A stretch of DNA of 64,000 nt, taken from positions 6,299-70,298 of the forward strand of contig DATMZT010000058.1 of the NCBI GenBank assembly GCA_035573335.1. The letters are read 5' to 3'. Shown here piece after piece: positions 56,858-64,000 of the stretch. The notes under the pieces were generated by a model, which made no database searches, was not told the origin of the DNA, and worked only from the letters and a program-made list of their open reading frames with translations. The translations under genes and the position numbers were made by a program. The stretch comes from Hyphomicrobiaceae bacterium. GTDB lineage: Bacteria; Pseudomonadota; Alphaproteobacteria; Rhizobiales; Hyphomicrobiaceae. The stretch's first letter is position 1, and each line of letters begins with the position of its first letter.

Positions 56858-57235
56858 CTAAGTCGGGCAAGCGCACCTGATCTTGAGCCAAATGTTACTG
56901 GGGTGGAAGCCTCTGCTGCCGAAGTGAACGTCGCCTTTGGACAAATTGGTCGCCAGCATTCGAATTGCTTGCGGCCCCCGAGGGGGTTGCGCAATCCAGC
57001 CCCGATGACGTCTCGCTCCCACGGCTCCTGGTGCAGGGGACAAAGACGACATTTGTCTTGCGGCAGCCAAGCTGCTCCTCCAACACCTCTCGAGCAAGGG
57101 CCGCGAGTGCCGGTTCATTTGCGTGGATTTGCCGCCGGGCTGCATAAAGGCGCTCGTGCCGCGCTTGCGCACGAGTAGCAATCGACCCCGCCGGTCGCGA
57201 ATGACCGCCGCCGCGATTCGGATCGGTGCGCTCAT
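56858..57235 (-). pseudogene. Nudix hydrolase, frameshifted inside the Nudix box (pseudogene or sequencing error)
   Basis: ATG overlaps the LOG stop (ATGA). The N-terminus MSAPIRIAAAVIRDRRGRLLLVRKRGTSAFMQPGGK is Nudix-like. The rest of the box, IHANEPALAALAREVLEEQLG, is in another frame. The break is at an A3 run near 57128-57130. Confidence 0.6.
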
Positions 57236-57819
57236 GGCCGAACCGTACGATTGTCGGGGGATATCCACTTGCTCGGCGGCGGCACATAGGTGCGATACGC
57301 CGCCAGGATCTCCGGCATAGTGCTAGAAAACGTGAGCATGGCGGCGAACTGCGGCAGCAAGAACCCCTCGGCGACCATCCTGTCCACCATCGCCCGGATC
57401 GGGTCAAAGTAGCCCTTGAGGTTGAGGAAGGCGCAGGGCTTGCTGTGAATCCCGAGCTGGCCCCACGTCCACTGCTCGAACATCTCTTCCAAGGTTCCGG
57501 CGCCGCCCGGAAGCGCCAGAAAGGCGTCCGCCAGATCGCTCATGGTGGTCTTTCGTTCGTGCATGGTCTCCACGACATGGAGCTGATGCAAGCCACGATG
57601 GGCGATTTCACGTGCAACGAGCGAGCGTGGCATCACGCCAATGACCTCGCCCCCCACCCCAATCGCGGCGTCGGCGACGACGCCCATCAGACCCACGCGG
57701 CCGCCGCCATAGACCAGGGTGGCGCCGCCCAGCGCCAGGCTGCGCGCCGCGTCCGCGGCGCCCTCCCCATAGGCGGGATCATGTCCGCTGCTGGATCCAC
57801 AGAAGATGCAGATTTTCAT
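57232..57819 (-). CDS. LOG-family protein (TIGR00730; cytokinin riboside 5'-monophosphate phosphoribohydrolase-like)
   Basis: 195 aa. MKICIFCGSS, YGGGRVGLMG and LPGGAGTLEEMFE (PGGxGTxxE) motifs. Confidence 0.9.
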   Translation of the reverse strand: MKICIFCGSSSGHDPAYGEGAADAARSLALGGATLVYGGGRVGLMGVVADAAIGVGGEVIGVMPRSLVAREIAHRGLHQLHVVETMHERKTTMSDLADAFLALPGGAGTLEEMFEQWTWGQLGIHSKPCAFLNLKGYFDPIRAMVDRMVAEGFLLPQFAAMLTFSSTMPEILAAYRTYVPPPSKWISPDNRTVRP

Positions 57820-58201
57820 GGCCGATACTCTGCAACAGGGGTGCGTGCGCCGCTGCGCATATCACGGCGACCTTCCTCACAAAAGAGCAAGACCCGACGT
57901 TGTCTCGGCACCTTAGCGTGCGCGAACCGTTCCAAGGACCTCGCCTCGCGCAGGCGCAAGCGGCTGACCCCTGGGCCAGGTGAGAGCCGCAAGCGCGCGA
58001 CCTTCCGGCGGAGGCGCTTGGGGCCGCGTCAGTTGCCGTCGTTCTGCTTGAGGTAATCTTTGATGGCAGCCGCGTCGGCGTCTTCGATTGGCGCCCGGTC
58101 CCGCCGGGGCAGGAGAAGCGCCTTTGCCGCGGTGCGTCGTACCGGGGACCTCGGCTGTGAGGCAGGTGCCCGATTCCCCCGGAGCCGGTTTTTTTACGGC
58201 T

Positions 58202-58669
58202 CTAGGCCACCCAAATGAGATCGAAGCGCTCGAACACGGTTTCGATGTCATCGTGCATTGCGAACCCTTCACGCGCCGCCTGCCGAGCGAAGTAGTTGCG
58301 ATGGGCGTTGAGCCACCAGGCGCGGCTTCGATCGCCTTCGCCCTCGTCCCAGGCGAACTGCGCATCCACCTGCGACAGCGGCTTTACCTCGACGCTTGTG
58401 GTCTGGGTGATGCATCTCGGGCGGCCCGAGCCATCCAGCCAGACGATATACTCGCCGACCGTCGGGAACGGGTGGCTGCCAGCGCGCTGGTAGTCGCGGA
58501 CGAGAGAGGCCGTCGCCCGTTTGCCACCGGAAAGGACCAACGCAAGAAGCTCATCCGCCATGGCCGCGCTATCGCCGAAGGAGGCGACGATGTAGGGGGC
58601 GTCCGCGAGTGCCCTCTCGCGTGCGAACCTCGCCCAGTACGCCTCGGCTACCGGATTGCCCATTTTCAA
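58202..58669 (-). CDS. ASCH domain-containing protein
   Basis: 155 aa. ...ASFGDSAAMADELLALVLSGGKRATASL... and FAWDEGEGDRS...W fit the PUA-like ASCH fold pattern. Confidence 0.75.
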   Translation of the reverse strand: MKMGNPVAEAYWARFARERALADAPYIVASFGDSAAMADELLALVLSGGKRATASLVRDYQRAGSHPFPTVGEYIVWLDGSGRPRCITQTTSVEVKPLSQVDAQFAWDEGEGDRSRAWWLNAHRNYFARQAAREGFAMHDDIETVFERFDLIWVA

Positions 58670-58883
58670 AACCTACCTTATTGCCAGGCTTTTCCAAGAC
58701 GGCCGAGCGACGGTCACGGTGGCGAGCCATACCGATCCGGGAGCGTGTTGACCCAAACCGCAGTTGTGGCGGCATGGGCTTGCCTCCAAGTCTGCGCCTG
58801 GCGCAGCGGCGGGCTTTGCCTCAGCGAAGCCTCTTGTCCCGGCGCTGAGATGCATCGCAGCTGCCGACCTTCCTTGTCGGTCT

Positions 58884-59873
58884 TTATTGCTGGGGGGTGA
58901 AGCCGGAGGCCTTGATGGCCGGCGCCCACAGCTCAGAATCCGCCTTTTGGATCTTTGCCAGCTCGGCGGGCGACGTGCCGGTGGCGTAGAGGCCGAGGGC
59001 TAGCAATCGCGCCTTGATCTCGGGCCGTCGCAGGGCGGCAACAATCACCTCATTGAGCCGGGCGACGACTTCGGGTGGGGTCTTGGCGGGAGCGTACATG
59101 GCGTACCAGGCAGTGCCTTGGATGGCGTATCCCGCCTCCTTGAAGGTGGGGATATCGGGCAGCAGGGCCGAGCGCTGCTGGTCCGACGTGGCGAGGATCC
59201 TGATGCGCTCCGCCTTGTGCATTTCCAGCAGGTCCGAGGTGGTGGTGAACACCATCGAAATCTGGCCCCCGACAAGGTCGGTGAGGGCGGCGGCGGAGCC
59301 TCGATAGCCGACGTGGCGCAGATCGAGGTTGCTGGCGCGAGCAAAGGAGACGGCAAAGAAGTGCGGCAGCGTGCCAGCGGCAGGGGTGGCATAGTTGGCG
59401 GCACCGGGATTGGCCCGCACCCAGTCGACGAGCTCCTTGAGCGTCTTGGCGGGAACCTGCGGTCCCACGGCGACGGCGAATTCAAAGGTCGCCACCTGCG
59501 CCAAGGGTTCGAAATCGGCGACCGGATCGTAGCCCAGAGGGTCATAGACATGTTGGTAGACCGCGACAGGCGCAATCGGCGTGAGCAGGATGGTGCTGCC
59601 GTCGGGTGGTGCGCCCTTCACCGCCTGAACGCCAATGCGACCGGCGGCGCCCGTCTTGTTTTCGACAATGACGGGAACGCCGAGGCCGGTGCGCATATGC
59701 TCGGCCAACAGGCGCGCCAGCGCGTCGCCGGAGCCCCCCGCGGCAAACGGGAAGACAAGGCGCAGGGGTTGCTCGCGGCTTTGGGAGTGAGCTTGGCTGG
59801 AAGACAGCACTGTCCCGGCAAAGGCGGCACAGACAAGACCTCCCAAGACCGCTCTTCGCTCGACCCTTGGCAT
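58884..59873 (-). CDS. Bug/TctC-family substrate-binding protein (orphan)
   Basis: ATG at 59873 after GGGAGGAAACCGG. Signal MPRVERRAVLGGLVCAAFAGTVLS. LRLVFPFAAGGSGDALARLL and TAWYAMYAPAKTP. 329 aa. Confidence 0.9.
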   Translation of the reverse strand: MPRVERRAVLGGLVCAAFAGTVLSSSQAHSQSREQPLRLVFPFAAGGSGDALARLLAEHMRTGLGVPVIVENKTGAAGRIGVQAVKGAPPDGSTILLTPIAPVAVYQHVYDPLGYDPVADFEPLAQVATFEFAVAVGPQVPAKTLKELVDWVRANPGAANYATPAAGTLPHFFAVSFARASNLDLRHVGYRGSAAALTDLVGGQISMVFTTTSDLLEMHKAERIRILATSDQQRSALLPDIPTFKEAGYAIQGTAWYAMYAPAKTPPEVVARLNEVIVAALRRPEIKARLLALGLYATGTSPAELAKIQKADSELWAPAIKASGFTPQQ

Positions 59874-59960
59874 CCGGTTTCCTCCCTCGGTCTCCACAAC
59901 GGCCATCGCTCGCGCGCCGGACGTCGGCGCGGGCGCTTGTGCGGGGCGCTGGCAGCACGC

Positions 59961-60824
59961 TCATCCCACCTTGAAGTGATCGGGTCTGCCGGTGGGCCAG
60001 GGGTCGCCCCAGCACTGCTGGCCGCCATCGACCGTCAGGACTTCCCCGGTAATGAATTTGGCCGAGGTGGCCGCCAGATAGACGGCTGCTTCGGCCACAT
60101 CCCAGACATCGCCGGCCTTGCGCATCGGATTGGCCTCTGTGTAGGTCTTGAGACCTTGCGGCGGATAATGGGCGAACCCTGAGGTTTCCAGCACCCCCGG
60201 CGCGATGCAGTTGACGCGGATGCCAAGCGGCGCCCACTCCACGGCAACGCTCTTGGAAAGGTAAGCAACGCCCGCGCGTGCAGCCGCCGTATGCGCGATG
60301 CCCGGCATACCGCGCCAGAAGTCGGCAACGATGTTCACGATCGCGCCCGCTGCCTTGCGCTCGACCCACGATTTGGCCGCGGCTTGCATCATATACCAGG
60401 TGCCATTGAGGTTGTTGTCAATGACCGCGGTCCACCCCTTGGGTTTGAAGTCGAGGGCCGGCTGCGGGAATTGGCCGCCGGCATTGTTGATGAGCACGTC
60501 GAGGCGAGACTGCTCGCGCCAGACGTTGGCGATAAAGGCCGCGCAGCCTTCGGGATCGCGGATATTCAAAGCCTCGGCATAGACCAGCGCGCCAAGGCTT
60601 TCGAAGAAGGTCTTAGCCTTGAGCAATCGCTCCTCGTTGCGGCCAAGAATGGCGAGCCCGGCGCCGAGGCGAGCAAACAGGCTGGCGATCGCAAAACCGA
60701 AGCCGCTGCCGGCGCCGCTAACGACGACGACCTTGCCCTTGAACAGGTCGGGCCGGTAGACGGTCGGCATGGCGCGAAGCTCGGCCTCCGTCAAGCCGTA
60801 GTGCGGTGCGCCTTCCAGGGCCAT
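59961..60824 (-). CDS. SDR-family oxidoreductase (peroxisomal trans-2-enoyl-CoA reductase-like)
   Basis: Inner ATG at 60824 (MALEGAPHYG...). KVVVVSGAGSGFGFAIA and LINNAGGQF motifs. 287 aa. The 94 codons upstream in the same frame belong to the decayed TetR gene. Confidence 0.82.
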   Translation of the reverse strand: MALEGAPHYGLTEAELRAMPTVYRPDLFKGKVVVVSGAGSGFGFAIASLFARLGAGLAILGRNEERLLKAKTFFESLGALVYAEALNIRDPEGCAAFIANVWREQSRLDVLINNAGGQFPQPALDFKPKGWTAVIDNNLNGTWYMMQAAAKSWVERKAAGAIVNIVADFWRGMPGIAHTAAARAGVAYLSKSVAVEWAPLGIRVNCIAPGVLETSGFAHYPPQGLKTYTEANPMRKAGDVWDVAEAAVYLAATSAKFITGEVLTVDGGQQCWGDPWPTGRPDHFKVG

Positions 60825-60955
60825 GGCATTGTCTCTCTTGGCAGGTCGACGATGGCGGCCCACCATATCCTGCCCCAGCCGCGATGCCCATGCGCCGGGG
60901 CTCGCTTGTTGCGGGTGAGGCGATGACGGCTCGAGATCAGGCTCCCGTCTGCGAC

Positions 60956-61371
60956 CGCCCGGCGCGGCGGCGGCGTAGGCGCGATCGCCATGCACGAGCA
61001 TGAGCGAGATCGCGCCCTCGGAAAACAGCCAGATTTCGCGGGTCAGCTCGGGCGCCAGACCGACGCCGGCTTTTGCCAGCCTGTCGGCAAACTGGGCCTC
61101 AAGCATGGCTTTGTGCCGGCGCGCAGTCAGACGCGCCGGGTGGCGGGATGATCAGCAAGCTCGATCACCAGGCGCGTGAACCGGTGTTGAGCCCCCAGCA
61201 CGGCGGTCAGCAACGCGTCTTTGCTGGCGAAGTGATAGTAGAGGTGCGCTTTGTCAGCCTCGCGGCGCTGGCGATTTAGTCCATGCTGACGCGGCTGTAG
61301 CCACGCCGCCGAAACTGACCATAGGCCGCGTCCAAAATGCGCTTTCGCGTCTTATCCGCATCTCGTGGCAT
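60956..61371 (-). pseudogene. TetR/AcrR-family transcriptional regulator, disrupted (in-frame TAA plus two frame changes)
   Basis: From the ATG at 61371: MPRDADKTRKRILDAAYGQFRRRGYSRVSMD then TAA (61276-61278). The HTH continues in a second frame (EADKAHLYYHFASKDALLTAVLG...HPATRRV, stop). The C-terminal part (ARRHKAMLEAQFADRLAKAGVGLAPELTREIWLFSEGAISLMLVHGD) is in a third frame that runs into the SDR ORF. Confidence 0.7.
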
Positions 61372-61469
61372 CGCGGGCACCAATTGAAAGTATACCGATT
61401 AGTGAATTTACATCGCCGCCTTTTCTCAGCAAACAACAAGGGTGGCCGGCGCAGTTAGCGAGACGCACC

Positions 61470-62570
61470 ATGCCCATGCCGAGTTTGACGTTGCGAAGCC
61501 TGAGGGCACGCCCCGTGGTCCTAACGCTCAAGCGGCCCGTCGTTACCCGCATTGCCACCATTACGCAATGGCCTCTCGTGCTGATCGACCTTGCAACCGA
61601 GGAAGGCATCATCGGCCGCGCCTATCTCGCGCCCTATATCGTCAAGGCGATGCGCTATCTGGTCCCCGCGCTCAATGATCTCGGGACCGCGCTGCAAGGT
61701 CGCCGCCTCGCGCCTCTCGAGCTTTTCGATGCGGCGCGCAAATCTCTGCACTTCGTCGGCTACGAAGGTCTGTCGGCAATCGCCGTTGCCGGCCTCGACA
61801 TGGCGGCCTGGGATGCCCTGGCGCGGGCGGCAAATGCGCCGCTCTGCGTTCTGCTCGGCGGCTCGGTCGGCGCCGTTCGCTGCTACAACAGCAACGGCCT
61901 GTGGTTAAAGGCACCGGCGGCCGTCGCGGAGGAAGCAATCGAGCTCCGAGCAGAAGGTGGTTTTGATGGCCTCAAGCTTCGCCTCGGGCGCGATAGCCTG
62001 GCTGAGGACCTGGCAACCATCGTCGCGGTCAGAAAGGCCGTAGGCAGCGACATCAATCTGATGGTGGACTTCAACCAGGGGCTCGATTTCGCCGAAGCTT
62101 TGCAGCGCTGTCATGCCATCGACGACCTCGGTCTTGCCTGGATCGAGGAGCCGATCGTCTACGACAACCTCGACGGCTACGCCAGGCTTGCGGCGGATCT
62201 TAAAACTCCCATCCAAATCGGCGAGAACTTCTATGGACCCCGGGACCTGCACAAGGCGCTACAGCGCCAGGCGTGCGACTTGGTAATGCTGGATTTTATG
62301 CGCATCGGCGGCGTCACCGGCTGGCTCCAGGCCGCCGCCATTTGTGGCGCCGCTGGAGTGCCCATGTCGACGCATCTTTATCCCGAGGTCGCGGCGCACG
62401 TCATGCGCGTCACCGAGACGGCGCACTGGCTGGAATGGCAGGATTGGGCCAATCCCGTCCTGCAGCAGGCCTACGACGTTAAGGCTGGTCGGATCCACAT
62501 TCCAAATTTGCCTGGTATCGGTCTGGAGTGGAACGAGGCGGCGGTTGCAGCCCACCTCGTCGATCTTTGA
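61470..62570 (+). CDS. mandelate racemase/muconate lactonizing enzyme family protein (enolase superfamily)
   Basis: ATG at 61470. LKLRLGRD, INLMVDFNQGL, LAWIEEPIVYDN and MLDFMRIGGVTGW carry the metal-ligand and catalytic positions of the superfamily. 366 aa. Divergent from the TetR remnant. Confidence 0.85.
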   Translation: MPMPSLTLRSLRARPVVLTLKRPVVTRIATITQWPLVLIDLATEEGIIGRAYLAPYIVKAMRYLVPALNDLGTALQGRRLAPLELFDAARKSLHFVGYEGLSAIAVAGLDMAAWDALARAANAPLCVLLGGSVGAVRCYNSNGLWLKAPAAVAEEAIELRAEGGFDGLKLRLGRDSLAEDLATIVAVRKAVGSDINLMVDFNQGLDFAEALQRCHAIDDLGLAWIEEPIVYDNLDGYARLAADLKTPIQIGENFYGPRDLHKALQRQACDLVMLDFMRIGGVTGWLQAAAICGAAGVPMSTHLYPEVAAHVMRVTETAHWLEWQDWANPVLQQAYDVKAGRIHIPNLPGIGLEWNEAAVAAHLVDL

Positions 62571-62925
62571 TAGGCTAGGGCCGCAACGGGGCGCGCCGCC
62601 CAAGCTTCGCAAAGGTCACGCAGGCGTCGTGGCGCGCGCCGCTCGACCAATTTGATGCTTTGCGTTGGCTTGGCTGCCGCCGCGCCATGGCCGCAACATC
62701 ACCATCGTCAAGGGCTATAGAGGTGAGGCGGACCAGCCTTCGTCGGTCGGTGCAGCCGCGGGTTGCAGTTAGGTGCGCGCCGGCATCGCTCGATCGGCGC
62801 GGATCTTGTGAGCTCGGCCCGGAGCAACGGCGGAGGCAGGATGTGGTGGGCCAGGGCCATGACCCGGAAGGAAGAGCCACCGAAACGAAGACGACGTTGG
62901 CAAGCACGGCAGCGACAAGGACAAG

Positions 62926-63624
62926 GTGCGTCCCATGAACATCCGACCTGAAGAGCTAGCCGAACGCTATTTCGCGGACAACGGCGCAAGTTATGACCAC
63001 ATTGCCCGCGTCTCGACGCTCGGTCTGGATGCCTGGTGGAAGCACAAAATTCTCAAGAAATTACCGGCGGCACCTCAACGAATCCTCGAGCAGGCCAGCG
63101 GCACCGGTATTCTGACGTGCAAAATCGCCCGGCGCTATCCCGGCTGCCGGGTGATCGGCGTGGAACTACAGGAGGATTATTTGCGCATTGCCAGAAACAA
63201 GGTGCGCGATCTCGACTTGCGCAACGTGGAATTCATTCATGGTCGCGCGGAAAGCGTGCTTTTGGAGGGGGAGTTTGACTGCATCGTCTCCGACTACCTT
63301 GCCAAATATGTCGACCTCGACCTTTTGGTGGCGCAGGCATGGAGGATGCTGCGCACGGGCGGCTTGCTCGTTATGCATGAGCTGACGCGTCCGACGCGAC
63401 CGTTATTCGTGGCCCTCTGGACCGCGCATTTTAAGGTTCTGCAGGCCTATGGCACGTGGAGGCATCCCGAATGGAGTGTGGCCTTCAACGATGTGCCCGC
63501 TCTGCTGGCAAGAACACGGTGGGTGGACGAGCTCACGCAAGCTCTAAGTGCCCATCGATTTTCAAATATTGAGATTGAAAATCAACTCTTTGGTGCCTCC
63601 GTCCTAGTGTCGGCCCGAAAATAA
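62926..63624 (+). CDS. class I SAM-dependent methyltransferase
   Basis: Motif I is RILEQASGTGILTCKIA and post-I is VIGVELQ. 232 aa from GTG 62926 (alternative ATG at 62935). GC is visibly lower than the window average. Confidence 0.82.
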   Translation: MRPMNIRPEELAERYFADNGASYDHIARVSTLGLDAWWKHKILKKLPAAPQRILEQASGTGILTCKIARRYPGCRVIGVELQEDYLRIARNKVRDLDLRNVEFIHGRAESVLLEGEFDCIVSDYLAKYVDLDLLVAQAWRMLRTGGLLVMHELTRPTRPLFVALWTAHFKVLQAYGTWRHPEWSVAFNDVPALLARTRWVDELTQALSAHRFSNIEIENQLFGASVLVSARK

Positions 63625-64000
63625 CTCGCGCGAGGGTTGCCGCGACTGCGGCATCGGCGGCACGGCCGGACAGCATTTTAGTCGCAGCGTTCGGCGCCGG
63701 CGCTTTTTAGGACATCGCCCGCGACAGGCAGGGCAATGACCGTGAACGGAGTGCCGGCGTAAGTTCGCGAACAGATTTTTTTTGCTGAGCCTGTCGCCTC
63801 ACGGGCGGTGGCCGCCAAACCCCGAAACAGCCGCGATTTGTCGAGCTCGCGGCGACATCCCTGAGCCGACCACGATGCCGCTCGCAGCGGCCATCGGCGT
63901 TGCTCGCCAGGGAACTCAAAGGCCACCTATCAGTTTGCAAAGCGTTCACAACGTGAGCGCTGCCGTAGCGGCACTACGGCGTTGAAGGGAACCTTTGCTC

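Noticed and set aside
58024-58200. Cytochrome-c-like C-terminal tail (…PIEDADAAAIKDYLKQNDGN) on the minus strand between ASCH and LOG
   Set aside because: There is no in-frame start codon after the preceding stop and no CxxCH motif in any frame. At best it is an unrecognisable remnant.
63678-63926. 82-aa minus ORF near the right edge (…TPFTVIALPVAGDVLKSAGAERCD)
   Set aside because: GC3 is only about 68%, and it has no SD or recognisable domain. It cannot be distinguished from chance in this GC range.

Overview
High-GC (about 63-66% by eye) chromosomal segment. HWE-type histidine kinase, many Bug/TctC binding proteins and codon usage fit an alphaproteobacterium (Hyphomicrobiales-like); this is an inference. 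Content is mainly metabolism and solute uptake: Lrp-hppD, TAXI binding protein, phbB, dctA-maeB, an exported MBL hydrolase plus LVIVD-type propeller protein next to an SCO1/SenC copper chaperone, and an amidohydrolase/Rieske/Liv-type ABC/amidohydrolase cluster. It also holds a TRAP DctPQM system, four orphan Bug/TctC binding proteins, a TonB-dependent receptor, an ECF sigma/anti-sigma pair, several oxidoreductases and a LOG-Nudix-ASCH group. I found no rRNA, tRNA, CRISPR array, transposase or integrase. Points worth a second look follow. (1) At 34.0-36.7 kb: an orphan LuxR-type response regulator whose phospho-acceptor Asp is Glu, a tiny exported peptide ending GPRRRRRRRCWWSRGRRVCGWRW, an uncharacterised beta-barrel OMP and a small basic secreted protein. 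(2) An iteron-like AT-rich decamer array and a hairpin- and repeat-rich 600-bp spacer at 28.3-28.9 kb. (3) A lone phage YopX gene in a low-GC patch. (4) Two decayed genes: a TetR regulator with a stop and frame changes, and a Nudix gene frameshifted inside the Nudix box. (5) A TAXI-type binding domain held between two transmembrane helices. (6) Several short 10-12-nt tandem repeats, one inside a coding region. Many long ORFs in the track are antisense shadow ORFs typical of high-GC DNA and were not called. Inner start codons were chosen where signal peptides, Shine-Dalgarno sequences or neighbouring genes supported them. Functions are assigned from motifs recognised by eye; no database search was run.
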